Of a stretch of 64,000 nucleotides of DNA, positions 47,478 through 57,444 are shown one piece after another; positions within the stretch are counted from its first letter, which is position 1; each line of letters opens with the position of its first letter. The stretch comes from an uncultured Desulfobacter sp. GTDB lineage: Bacteria > Desulfobacterota > Desulfobacteria > Desulfobacterales > Desulfobacteraceae. The position numbers and the translations under genes are program-made. The notes under the pieces were generated by a model. That model was not told the origin of the DNA. It was given only the letters and a program-made list of their open reading frames with translations, and ran no database searches. Location of the stretch: the NCBI GenBank assembly GCA_963665095.1, contig OY762069.1, forward strand, positions 5,824,001-5,888,000. Direction: 5' to 3'.

Positions 47478-47940
47478 TTACCGAATCGGACCCATCTGGT
47501 TGAGCTTTTCAATAAAGGTATCTATTTCTGCCTGGAACAGGGTTTTGTCTCCGGCAGGAATTTGAACCAGGTGGATACGTTCGGGGTCAATATCCAGACT
47601 TTCAAAGGTCGCTGTCATTTTTGCCACCTGTTTTTTGCCTTTTCATTGCCTTCATCCTGGCATTCGCCATCCGGACAGCAGGCCACCAGGCCCCCCCCCA
47701 GGCACCGTTGATGAATGGGGTCATGAGAAGCTTGGAATCCAGGCGGCCGCCGCACATATTCACCAGGATCTCATAGTCCTTGTCATCGAGCTCCTCCTTT
47801 GAGGTGCCGAAGGTCTTGGGAATCACAGCCGCCTCAATGGGACAGACCTCCACACAGATGCCGCAGGACTGGCACTTCACCGGGTCTTGAAAAATAGCAG
47901 AATGGCCACACTGGCAACGCAGACTCCGGTTACCCAGGCG
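47478..47940 (-). pseudogene. 4Fe-4S / MvhD-like protein remnant
   Basis: CQSCGICVEVCP; LDIDPERIHLVQ...FIEKLNQMGPIR*; broken frames. Confidence 0.65.
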
Positions 47941-47978
47941 GCAAAGGGTTTGTCTGAATATTCGGGGTTTCCCTGTTT

Positions 47979-49280
47979 TTATTGAACCGGCCATTCCAAT
48001 GTAAAACGGGCACCGCCCAGTGGTGAGGAACTTACCTTTGCACTTCCTTTATGCCACTGCATTATCCTTTTTACAATGGAGAGACCAAGCCCGTAACCGC
48101 CTGTCATACGACTTCTGCTGCCATCCAGCCTTACGAAAGGCTCAAAGATCTTCTCCCTTTTGTCTTCAGCAACACCCGGGCCGTCATCATCTATGTGCAC
48201 AACACAAAATTCATGGTGAAGCAGAACCGTGACTTCAATCTTTTCCTTTGAAAAACTCAACGCGTTTTGCACTAGATTCCCAACAGCCCTGGCCATTTGC
48301 TTGGGCTCATATTTGATGGGAGTTGATGCTGGATGAATATTGTACAAAAGCTCTATTGCAATGGTGGAGCCTTCAGGATTGTTTTCCCGGAGCAAATCTT
48401 TTAAAAAAGCATTGAGAGAAGCACAGACAAATGTCATCTCCGGCTTCTCCCTGTCAAACCGTGCATAGGTCAGCAATTCGCTGACCAGATCTTCGAGTTC
48501 CCCAATATCGGTGGCAAGCTCCATTTTATAACGGTCCTGCTTCTCTAAGCTTTCTGACCTGTGCAACATTTCCAGGCTGAATCGAAGCCTGGAAAGAGGC
48601 GTTCGCAACTCATGGGAAACTGCATTTGTTAATTCCTTATGCGAGTTGATCAATTGCTCTATGCGCTTGGCCATGGAATTGAACGACATTGAAACAGGAT
48701 ACAGGGAAGATCTTTTTGATATGTTTATACGCTCTGCCAGATTACCGCGGCCAAAGGCAGCTGTGCCTGCACCTATTTTTTTTACATTTCGCAGAAACGG
48801 CAACGTCCACAAAAAAGTGATCAAAGCAATGATAACAAGGGCGATTGCCCAAAAGACCAGGGCCAGATAGCCAAATTCCGGCTCTATTTCAGACAAAGGA
48901 CCGCTTTTCACAACAAAACCGCTGTTGCCTATCTGTTTGAACAAGAAGTCACCTTCCTCCACCACTGCTATTTCGCCATTTTTCAGCTCATCCACATGGT
49001 GATCGGCAATATCGAGATCTTCGAGTTTCAAAAGAGTCACCTGATACCCGAAGTTGGCCTGCAAATCTTTGAAGTGTTCCGGCCATTTTTCAATGGGCTG
49101 GTCGAGAAGCACCCGCTCCGTCAAATAATAGACTCCGCTGGCAAGCTCTTGGTTATATATTTTTATGCTTTCCTTGAAATGTCTTTTGATGAATTCTTGG
49201 AGAATGGGCATGGCCACAAACTGCAGTATCAAAAGAATAATAATGAAAAAAATGTAAGAATTTATAAACGCCCTCTTCAA
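47979..49280 (-). CDS. RstB-like sensor histidine kinase
   Basis: 2 TM, HAMP, AVSHELRTPLSRL, DDDGPG, GGYGLGL. Confidence 0.92.
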   Translation of the reverse strand: MKRAFINSYIFFIIILLILQFVAMPILQEFIKRHFKESIKIYNQELASGVYYLTERVLLDQPIEKWPEHFKDLQANFGYQVTLLKLEDLDIADHHVDELKNGEIAVVEEGDFLFKQIGNSGFVVKSGPLSEIEPEFGYLALVFWAIALVIIALITFLWTLPFLRNVKKIGAGTAAFGRGNLAERINISKRSSLYPVSMSFNSMAKRIEQLINSHKELTNAVSHELRTPLSRLRFSLEMLHRSESLEKQDRYKMELATDIGELEDLVSELLTYARFDREKPEMTFVCASLNAFLKDLLRENNPEGSTIAIELLYNIHPASTPIKYEPKQMARAVGNLVQNALSFSKEKIEVTVLLHHEFCVVHIDDDGPGVAEDKREKIFEPFVRLDGSRSRMTGGYGLGLSIVKRIMQWHKGSAKVSSSPLGGARFTLEWPVQ

Positions 49281-50041
49281 TCAACGTCTCCCCAGGCGTC
49301 ATCCACAAAAAGGTAGCCTTTCCCCCAAATGGTTTTTATTCTAAACGGCTTGGCGGAGTTATCACCTAATTTTTTTCGAAGACGGGATATGGAAATGTCA
49401 ATGGATCGATCCAATCCATCATAGGAGATCCCTTTTGTCTGGCGAAACAACGAATCCCGGTCTAAAATTTCACCTGAATTCACTGCAAGGTGCCACAAAA
49501 GTTCAAACTCATTGGTGGTAAGATCAATGGTTCTTTGATCCAAAGTTACCGTCTGGGAGGTTTTTTTAATGACCAGGGTTCCAAACTGCAGGGAATCGCC
49601 GCTACCCGTCTCTTTGGCCATCTCTTGACTGCCTGTGTTGAAACGCCTCAATAATGCCCGTATTCTGGCAAGAAGAACCCGGGGTTCAACCGGTTTTTTT
49701 ACATAATCATCTGCTCCGATTTCCAACCCCACAACCTGGTCCATATCATCTTCCCTGGCTGTAAGCATGAGAATCGGGCCGCTGTAATCCGGCCGAACCT
49801 CCCGGCAGACCTGGAAACCATCCATTCCAGGCAGCATAATGTCCAGGATAACAAGTGCAGGCAGATGGGTAATAATGGCCCTCTTCCCGGTATCACCTCT
49901 ATCCTCAACAAGTATCTCAAATCCTTGTTCGCTGAGATAGGCACTGATCAGTTTGGCCAGTCGCTCATCATCTTCCACGATCAATATGGTATGGGCTGAT
50001 TCCATGGATCTCCCCGCATCATCTATTTTCTGCCATTCCAT
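49277..50041 (-). CDS. RstA-like OmpR family response regulator
   Basis: ILIVEDD, LDIMLP, DYVKKP, YDGLDRSIDISISRLRKKLGD. Confidence 0.93.
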   Translation of the reverse strand: MEWQKIDDAGRSMESAHTILIVEDDERLAKLISAYLSEQGFEILVEDRGDTGKRAIITHLPALVILDIMLPGMDGFQVCREVRPDYSGPILMLTAREDDMDQVVGLEIGADDYVKKPVEPRVLLARIRALLRRFNTGSQEMAKETGSGDSLQFGTLVIKKTSQTVTLDQRTIDLTTNEFELLWHLAVNSGEILDRDSLFRQTKGISYDGLDRSIDISISRLRKKLGDNSAKPFRIKTIWGKGYLFVDDAWGDVD

Positions 50042-50113
50042 CTCCTATACCAAAAAAAGCCACCAGAGTATACACATCCCAATAGAACATGAACCTGCCC
50101 ATTGGTCCAGGAT

Positions 50114-50138
50114 AACAAATTATTACAATTTGAAACAA
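50114..50138 (+). promoter_or_regulatory. 10-bp-phased ACAA direct repeats, probable response regulator site
   Basis: AACAA/TACAA/AACAA at 50114, 50124, 50134. Confidence 0.55.
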
Positions 50139-50253
50139 AATGAGGACAGATTTATCAAATAAACAGCGCTATACATACCCTTAAGACTGCATCGGGGTGA
50201 ATACCGACCAGACCTTTTTACAAATAATATTAGCAATTAAAGGAGAGATGATC

Positions 50254-50907
50254 ATGAACATTGGGAAAAAAATGATTTACAGTTTTGCCATGCTGCTTTT
50301 CATGGGAACGACATACACCCAGGCCATGGCAGAAGATGCGCTGAAATATAAAAACTTTGCCCAGGTAAAACTGGGTTATTTTCAGCCCACAAGCGACATG
50401 GACGACGATGACTATGACCCGGGGGTTAACGGTTCCATAAGCTATAACAGGTACTTAACTAAAAATTTTATATTTGAAGTCGGGCTGACCGGATATGGAT
50501 CCGATGATACCAGGCGGGGTGTCAATGGAATCGCCGGCAGCTACAAGCAGGAGAATTGTTTAGCAGTAAGTGCCCTGGTAACCAATTTAAAAGGGGAAAT
50601 CGCAGTTGGTGACGCGGATCTTTATGCCGGAGCGGGCATAGGGTTATACACTGCCACCTTGTTCAGCGAGATTGAATCCTCAAGACTTGGCTCTTTTGAC
50701 AGAGATGAATCAGATACCGTAATGGGCGGACAATTTATTATCGGTGCCAGGTATAATATAACAAGCCGCTGGTTCGCAGGGGTTGAAGGCATATACAGAA
50801 TCACCGATAAAGTGGACATTGACAAGACGGTTATCGGGGTTCCGGTTGAGTATGCCGGGAACTTGAACGGATTTACAGTAACAGCAACCGCTGGTTTTCG
50901 TTTCTAA
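50254..50907 (+). CDS. Outer membrane beta-barrel protein (OmpA/OmpW-like)
   Basis: Signal peptide, YAGAGIG, C-terminal TAGFRF. Confidence 0.82.
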   Translation: MNIGKKMIYSFAMLLFMGTTYTQAMAEDALKYKNFAQVKLGYFQPTSDMDDDDYDPGVNGSISYNRYLTKNFIFEVGLTGYGSDDTRRGVNGIAGSYKQENCLAVSALVTNLKGEIAVGDADLYAGAGIGLYTATLFSEIESSRLGSFDRDESDTVMGGQFIIGARYNITSRWFAGVEGIYRITDKVDIDKTVIGVPVEYAGNLNGFTVTATAGFRF

Positions 50908-51146
50908 GCCCACACAGCATTAAGACCGGATCAGTAAAATTCATATGAAAGGGTGATCCGGTCTTCCTTAAAAAAACCATAGGCTTCCATTGGCTTGCCC
51001 TGAAGGTATATTCACGCCCGGGCATCTATGGAAGCTTTTTTACTGTGGCCCGGACAATTCATGCCCGGATATTTCACGAAGTTTTCTAGCTTCGGGGGCA
51101 GGGCACAGAGAGTGAAGCTGCCGCTGCTCCGCCGTGACCGGCCAGC

Positions 51147-51395
51147 TTAGTAAACCAATTGGGCATCAGAATCCAGGGCAAGCATGTTCAGGGTCCCGCC
51201 GGTGGTAATCTGGGCTCCGTCAATAAGATCCGATTCCTTAATATTGCGGTCTTCAATACACGGTTTGCATACCATCAGCTTTCCGCCCAGTTCCATATAA
51301 TCGGCAATGAGCTTAGTCAGCGGGGCAAAACCCCCTGTGGCGGGGACATGCTCGATATACCCCTTCTGGGCCAGGTACACGGCACTGCCCTGGAG
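51147..51395 (-). pseudogene. DsrE family protein C-terminal fragment
   Basis: LQGSAVYLAQKG...GGKLMVCKPCIEDRNI...LIDGAQI. Confidence 0.7.
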
Positions 51396-51399
51396 AGCA

Positions 51400-51575
51400 A
51401 CTGGTGAAATCCTTATTGTTCCGTATGTGGGTTTCCCGGATTCCCAAGCCCGCCAGGACTTTTCTGGGGATGTCGGATACACTGAGATACCGGCCGAAAA
51501 AGCAGGGGTCATGAAGGGTGACCTCAAGGCCGGCATTTTTAGATTCAAGGTTTAAGTATTCAAAATAGGGCGTTA
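51400..51575 (-). pseudogene. CCG-domain Fe-S oxidoreductase fragment
   Basis: VTLHDPCFFGRY...PRKVL...FTSC. Confidence 0.65.
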
Positions 51576-51577
51576 CC

Positions 51578-51830
51578 TCGAACCGGGATCCGCCTGTCTT
51601 GGGCAGGTATGGGTGCAAAGCCCGCAGTGCAGGCACTTCCACAGTTCATTGGCGTTGTCTAAGACGGCCTGCTTTGCTCCGATCTGGATATACCGGATCA
51701 TTCGTCTGGGAAAATTGTCGTTGACCAGGGGGCACACGGCGGCACAGGTGCCGCAGTTAAAACATTCCAGAGCGGTGTCCTGGCAATAGGGAGCCAGTTC
51801 CTGGGCAAAATCCAAATCAACACTTGTCAT
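51578..51830 (-). pseudogene. HdrC/QmoC-like 2x[4Fe-4S] protein fragment
   Basis: CFNCGTCAAVCP, LWKCLHCGLCTHTCPRQADP. Confidence 0.75.
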
Positions 51831-51929
51831 GTCACACCTTCACTTTTTCCCGGGGTTGATTATCATTCCCGGACCTATGAGTTTATAAGAAAGTCTGTCA
51901 AATAAAGACGACTTTCGATCTTTATAATA

Positions 51930-52119
51930 GATGGTAATGCAGCTTGCGCAGTCCAGGGGTGGGGAAAACTTTGGAAAGCCGGATCATCTTGCCGCCGATG
52001 GATGCATCTTATTCCACGATCGCAACCTTGTATCCCTGGTCGCCAAGATCCAGGGCCGTCTGAAGCCCTGCGATTCCTGGGCCCACCACAAGGGTGTCAA
52101 ATTGTTGAATGGGGAGCAT
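51930..52119 (-). pseudogene. HdrA-like flavoprotein N-terminal fragment
   Basis: LVVGPGIAGLQTALDLGDQGYKVAIVE*DASIGGKMIRLSKVFPT/LDCASCIT. Confidence 0.8.
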
Positions 52120-52219
52120 GGTTCCTCCTGATAACCGTCATGGACCGTCTTTGATTGTCCAGCCAGGTATTGGTCCATAACAAAAAATATACGTTCTTCC
52201 AGGATGTTAATAAGGATTT

Positions 52220-52372
52220 CATGTAAAATGTGGCTGCCGTCCGCCTCAAGAAATCCCATGTATTCGTGCCAACCTTGCCGGCCCAGGCAGGGATGTCCTT
52301 CCGGGTTCCCGAATCATTGGACAAAATTTCCAGAACCTGACTCACCTGGACCTTGCCGATGCCTTTATATTT
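52220..52372 (-). pseudogene. TusA family sulfurtransferase fragment
   Basis: VLEILSNDSGTRKDIPAWAGKVG/HEYMG. Confidence 0.7.
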
Positions 52373-52378
52373 GAGATT

Positions 52379-53719
52379 TCAGTCATTGTGCCCGAAATTC
52401 AGTATATTTCGGCCTGGGGCATTGTCCGCCTTCAGCCGGATGGTAAATTTAGCCCCGCCATGCAAGGATTTTGAAACTATAACATCCCCACCATGCCATT
52501 CCACGACTCTTTTGACAATGGCCAGGCCCATGCCATACCCCCCGGTGTCCCGGCTGCGGCTGGAATCCAGGCGGACAAAGGCGTCAAAGATTCGCTTGTA
52601 ATCGGATTTTGGAATGCCCGGTCCATCATCCTCCACATGGATCATGCAAACGCAGCCTGTTCTTTCAAACCTGATGTCCACCCGGGTTGCAGCGTATTTT
52701 ACTGCATTCTGGACAAGATTACTTAAGGCCCGGGACATATAGCGGGGTTCGGCCAATATCTTATATTCCTGATCCGGTTCCGGCACATGGCATTGGATTT
52801 GGATCTGGGCAGATGTCTTCCCTGTTTTCCGGGAAATATCTTCCATCCAGGGACCCACAGGCAGCTCAACCAGTTCCAGGCATGGTGTTTCCCGCTCAAA
52901 CCGCGCATAAATCAATAATTCGGACACCAATGTATCCAGTTCGTCAATATCCTTTTGAATTTCCAGGATATTTTGATTTCTTTCCTCTTCATCGTTGGCA
53001 GTCTCCAGCATTTCCATGCTGAACCGGATTCTTGAAATGGGCGTACGTAATTCATGGGAAACCGCGCTGGTAAGCTCTTTGTGGGATGCGATCAACTGCT
53101 GAATTCTTTGGGCCATATCATTAAAGGATCTGGCCAGGGGAAACAGTGCGGAGCGTTCGGATATTTCGGCCCGGGCACTGAAGTCTGCTTTACCGAACCT
53201 TTCAGCCGCCACACTGATACGCCGCAGCTTGAGCCAGAACGGCATAGACCAGAGCAGTGCCATTATAGCGAAATTGGCAGCCACCATGCCCCAGAACAAA
53301 ACTTCCACCCGCATGGGGGTTACAAATTCAGGGAAAGGCCCCATGGTAATCACCTGGTCGCTGGAACCGATACGCCGGTAATACAACTCCCCGTCTTTTT
53401 TGACAACCGTACCGCCCTGATTCAAAATATCCCGCTCTTTTTCCTTTAAAGCCAGGGAGTCCATGGGGTCAATTGACAATTGGTAACCAAACTGGGGCTG
53501 CCGGCGTTTTATATAATCGGTCCACTGGGCCCGGGGCAGAACTTCAATGTCCTCAAGCAGCATATTATAAATACCCTGGACAAGTGATCCGTAATACTCA
53601 TCAATCTCCCGGTCAAAAAATTCGTCCACTAACCGGAAGGTCAGCGGAGCAACCACAAACTGCCAGGTAACCACACTTGCCATGGTAAACAAAAAAAAAG
53701 ATAAAAAAATCCGTTTCAT
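52379..53719 (-). CDS. RstB-like sensor histidine kinase (second paralogue)
   Basis: AVSHELRTPISRI, EDDGPG, GGYGMGL. Confidence 0.92.
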   Translation of the reverse strand: MKRIFLSFFLFTMASVVTWQFVVAPLTFRLVDEFFDREIDEYYGSLVQGIYNMLLEDIEVLPRAQWTDYIKRRQPQFGYQLSIDPMDSLALKEKERDILNQGGTVVKKDGELYYRRIGSSDQVITMGPFPEFVTPMRVEVLFWGMVAANFAIMALLWSMPFWLKLRRISVAAERFGKADFSARAEISERSALFPLARSFNDMAQRIQQLIASHKELTSAVSHELRTPISRIRFSMEMLETANDEEERNQNILEIQKDIDELDTLVSELLIYARFERETPCLELVELPVGPWMEDISRKTGKTSAQIQIQCHVPEPDQEYKILAEPRYMSRALSNLVQNAVKYAATRVDIRFERTGCVCMIHVEDDGPGIPKSDYKRIFDAFVRLDSSRSRDTGGYGMGLAIVKRVVEWHGGDVIVSKSLHGGAKFTIRLKADNAPGRNILNFGHND

Positions 53720-53720
53720 T

Positions 53721-54446
53721 TCAATCCCAGGCATCCGGGACAAAAAGGTAACCTTTGCCCCAGATCGTTTTAATACGCATTGGCTTTTCAGGGTCATCGC
53801 TTAGCTTTTTACGCAGCCTTGAGACAGCCAGGTCAACGCTGCGGTCCAGGCCGTCATAATCAATGCCTTTGAATTTCTGGTAGATGGTATCCCTGTCAAG
53901 GATCTGCCCACTGTTTTGAGCCAGAAGCCAGAGCAGGTCAAATTCGCTGGTGGTCAATTCCACAGTCCTTCCTTCTAATTTAACCGTACGGGAGGACTGG
54001 ACAATGGTAAGGGTATTAAAAGTCAATTCCTCCGGGACTGCTGCTGCGGATCGTTCAACAGTCCTGGCCGGTTTTTCCCCAAGCCGTCGCATCAAGGCCC
54101 TGACGCGTGCCAGCAACACCCGGGGTTCAACTGGCTTTTTAACATAATCATCCGCCCCCATCTCAAGGCCGGCCACCTGGTCCATGTCATCCTCCCGGGC
54201 CGTGAGCATTAAAATGGGCCCCTGGTACCGGGACCGGACACTGCGGCACACTTCGAGACCATCCATGCCCGGCAGCATTAAATCCAGGATCACAAGATCC
54301 GGCACTTCTTTGATGATACGGTCAGGGGCTGTGTCTCCCCGCCTTTCAATAAGGACATCGAAACCATTACGACACAAATACTTGGCAACCAGATCCCCTA
54401 GGCGGTGGTCGTCTTCTACCAGCAAAATGGTTGTTTTTTCATCCAT
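53721..54446 (-). CDS. RstA-like response regulator (second paralogue)
   Basis: LLVEDD, LDLMLP, YDGLDRSVDLAVSRLRKKL. Confidence 0.93.
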   Translation of the reverse strand: MDEKTTILLVEDDHRLGDLVAKYLCRNGFDVLIERRGDTAPDRIIKEVPDLVILDLMLPGMDGLEVCRSVRSRYQGPILMLTAREDDMDQVAGLEMGADDYVKKPVEPRVLLARVRALMRRLGEKPARTVERSAAAVPEELTFNTLTIVQSSRTVKLEGRTVELTTSEFDLLWLLAQNSGQILDRDTIYQKFKGIDYDGLDRSVDLAVSRLRKKLSDDPEKPMRIKTIWGKGYLFVPDAWD

Positions 54447-54542
54447 GGGCTTCCCCGATACGTCAAATGACAGGTTACGCTTTACCGTACATTGTATTCT
54501 CACATGTATAAACGCCTTTTTTCAATACGTCTGTCTGATTTG

Positions 54543-54610
54543 TGTATGTAATTGTACCATTTTGTAGGGCCGGACCAGAGCTGAGATACAATTGGATACA
54601 ATCAGGTACA
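54543..54610. promoter_or_regulatory. Mirrored RstA-box-like TACA arrays
   Basis: TGTA at 54543/54553/54563 and TACA at 54587/54597/54607. Confidence 0.7.
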
Positions 54611-54687
54611 CAAAGACAACAGACCCCGGCTGAAAAACCCCTTACTATCCGCCCATTGATTTGAAAACCCCAGAAAGGAGAAAAACA

Positions 54688-55671
54688 ATGGGATCATTAA
54701 AAGGCGGGTCAATTTTTCTGATTATAATGCTGATTCCGGTGCTGGCCCTGGCCGGATCAAGCCAGGAAACCAATAAACACCAGGAAAACGATGAAAACGG
54801 ATTTTTCGGCAGCATTCTTATCGGCGGCGGCGTTGCAACGGGAAAACCCAGTGGATTAGAGGTGGTGGATGACAACAAAAAAATCAGCACACTGGATGAA
54901 AGGTCTGACCGGCAGAACCGGGACCTTCTTTTAATTATGGGAGAGCTGGGCTATGAATTTGCTTCCACAGGCACCAGGATTTCACTGAGCAACCAGAAAA
55001 GTGAAAAATCTTTTGTCGACCTGGTTGTGGCGCAGCCCCTGGAGGATATAGGCACTGTGCGTGCTTCCTTTGGGTTCGGAAAGGAAGATGTATGGGCAGA
55101 TCCCTATGTCACGGGCGTGGACCGCCGGGAAGCGGATGAAGAATCATACAACCTGAAGCTGGAATGGGAAGAGATCCTGGGGTCTGGTTTTTTTGCCGCC
55201 CTGAAGCTGAGTAGCATAGAGGTGGACCATGATCTGATTGGTGAGCGGTACCAGGAGCTGAAACGGGACGGACAGATAGTGGCGGCAGAGATAGGGTATG
55301 TTTTTCCTGTCGGGGAAAACCAGATGATTATTCCCGGTTTTGACATTGAAGTTCAGGACCGGGACGGTGAAAGCAATTCATGTAAAAAGGCCGGGGTCTC
55401 TTTGTCCCATATTATTGAATTTGACAGGTGGCACTTTTTAACCAGCCTTGGCGTGGGCAAAAGGGATTTTGACAAGACCCACCCGATTTTCCATAAAACC
55501 CGGAAGCAGACCCAATATGAATTGAGCCATTTTGTTACCTATTCCCGGCCCTTTAACTGGAAGGGTTGTTTCCTTCAAGGCCTTGTGGCCTATAGCAGGG
55601 CTGATGCCAATATTGATTTTTTCAAAAAGGATGAACTGACCATCGGTGCAGGCATGGGTTACGAATTCTGA
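54688..55671 (+). CDS. Outer membrane beta-barrel protein (DUF2860-like)
   Basis: Signal peptide, VWADPYVTGVDR, DANIDFF, C-terminal GMGYEF. Confidence 0.75.
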   Translation: MGSLKGGSIFLIIMLIPVLALAGSSQETNKHQENDENGFFGSILIGGGVATGKPSGLEVVDDNKKISTLDERSDRQNRDLLLIMGELGYEFASTGTRISLSNQKSEKSFVDLVVAQPLEDIGTVRASFGFGKEDVWADPYVTGVDRREADEESYNLKLEWEEILGSGFFAALKLSSIEVDHDLIGERYQELKRDGQIVAAEIGYVFPVGENQMIIPGFDIEVQDRDGESNSCKKAGVSLSHIIEFDRWHFLTSLGVGKRDFDKTHPIFHKTRKQTQYELSHFVTYSRPFNWKGCFLQGLVAYSRADANIDFFKKDELTIGAGMGYEF

Positions 55672-56266
55672 TCTGCGACAACTGCTTTGTGCCTGCGCCA
55701 AAACGGCTTTTGAGGATATGAGCGTCTCGCATCACCCAGGATAGACAACATTTTGAACAATGAAGGCCTAAGCGTCAGCACCGGTTTAGCAGGCGTTGCT
55801 CAAAAACAGGTGTACTGGTAGTCAGGGAGAATTCCGCCTGCGTGTCCTGTTTTGCCATGACCACCTTTTCCTAGGAGGATGGAATTCGGGTGACAGAATA
55901 CCATTTCTTTTTTAATAAAAATTTGAATTGGCAGGAGCTGGCTCCCCTGGGATACACGTAATATTGCTCGCCGGTTTGATGATTTCAAAAGAGTGGACGT
56001 ACAGGGATAATCTGGAGAGCAACTGCTTGAAAAACGGAGTTTATCAGACAAGTAGTCCTCGCCTTAAAAGTCTCGGTTTGGCTGCCGAATTTTTCATATA
56101 AACTCACTTAAAAACGCAAATGATTTAAAACGTATGCTGTTCTGATGGCGGCTTAGCGTGTACAATTAATTAGAATAACGCTTTTAATAATAAGTATAAT
56201 CCGGGAGGGGTACCTTATTTAAATGTAAGCGGTTAAGCAAGATGCCCCCGGAATATTATAAAAAAT

Positions 56267-57322
56267 ATGGGAGACAGATTAATGGCCGGGAACACACCGC
56301 AAGAAACGACACTATCCAAAGGGCAGTTCCTGGTCTATCAGGATGAAGACGGTCGGCTTAAGTTAGATGTCCGGCTTGAGGATGAATCTGTATGGTTAAC
56401 CCAGCAGCTAATGGCAGATCTGTTTCAAAGTTCAAAGCAGAACATCAGCCATCATATTAATTCAATATATGAAGAAGGTGAACTGGCACCAGAGGCAACT
56501 GTCAAAAAATGTTTGACAGTTCGCAGGGAAGGCAACCGGGATGTAAAACGCCTGCTGGATTATTATAATCTAGATATGATCATATCCGTTGGTTATCGGG
56601 TGAAAAGCCGCGTGGCCACCCGTTTCCGTATCTGGGCAACGGAACGGCTCAAGGAATATATTATCAAAGGGTTTACCTTGGACGATGAGCGTTTGAAAAA
56701 TCCGGATCTTCCCTTTGATTACTTTGAGGAACTGGAACGACGGATTCAGGATATACGGACATCCGAGCGCCGCTTCTATCAAAAAATTACCGATATTTAT
56801 GCTACAAGCATAGATTACGATCCCACCATGGATATCAGTATTACATTTTTCAAAACGGTTCAAAATAAGATGCACTGGGCCATCACCGGTCAGACAGCCG
56901 CTGAGATCATCCTTTCCCGTGCTGATGCGGATAAACCCAATATGGGGCTGACCAATTACCGAGGGGCAAAGGTCCGCAAGCAGGACGTTGCCATTGCCAA
57001 AAATTACCTCAATGAGGACGAGTTGGCAGCTTTGAATAACCTGGTTGAACAATACCTTATTTTTGCACAGGGCCAGGCCATGCGCCGTATTCCCATGTAT
57101 ATGAAGGACTGGATTAAAAAGCTGGATGGTTTTCTCTCGATCAATGATCGGGATATTCTGAACCATGCGGGGAAAATTTTCCATGAAGCGGCAAAGCAGA
57201 CGGCTGAAAATGAGTATAAAAAGTTTCATGCCCGGCGTTTGCTCTATTCAAAAAATGAACTGAGCGACTTCGATAAGGCGGTAAAACAAATAGAAAACTC
57301 AAAGAAAATAAAAGACAGATAA
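56267..57322 (+). CDS. RhuM family protein
   Basis: VWLTQQLMADLF, YNLDMIISVGYRVKS, FRIWAT, IRTSERRFYQK. Confidence 0.9.
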   Translation: MGDRLMAGNTPQETTLSKGQFLVYQDEDGRLKLDVRLEDESVWLTQQLMADLFQSSKQNISHHINSIYEEGELAPEATVKKCLTVRREGNRDVKRLLDYYNLDMIISVGYRVKSRVATRFRIWATERLKEYIIKGFTLDDERLKNPDLPFDYFEELERRIQDIRTSERRFYQKITDIYATSIDYDPTMDISITFFKTVQNKMHWAITGQTAAEIILSRADADKPNMGLTNYRGAKVRKQDVAIAKNYLNEDELAALNNLVEQYLIFAQGQAMRRIPMYMKDWIKKLDGFLSINDRDILNHAGKIFHEAAKQTAENEYKKFHARRLLYSKNELSDFDKAVKQIENSKKIKDR

Positions 57323-57444
57323 TGACAACCTCATCATTTTTGATGTTTGAATACTCCTGAATTACAGGGAGAGTCTTGGGGCTTTCACCCGTCTGCAAGT
57401 CGAACCTTGTTTTGGAGATAGTCCGCACCCCATACAAACAGGCT

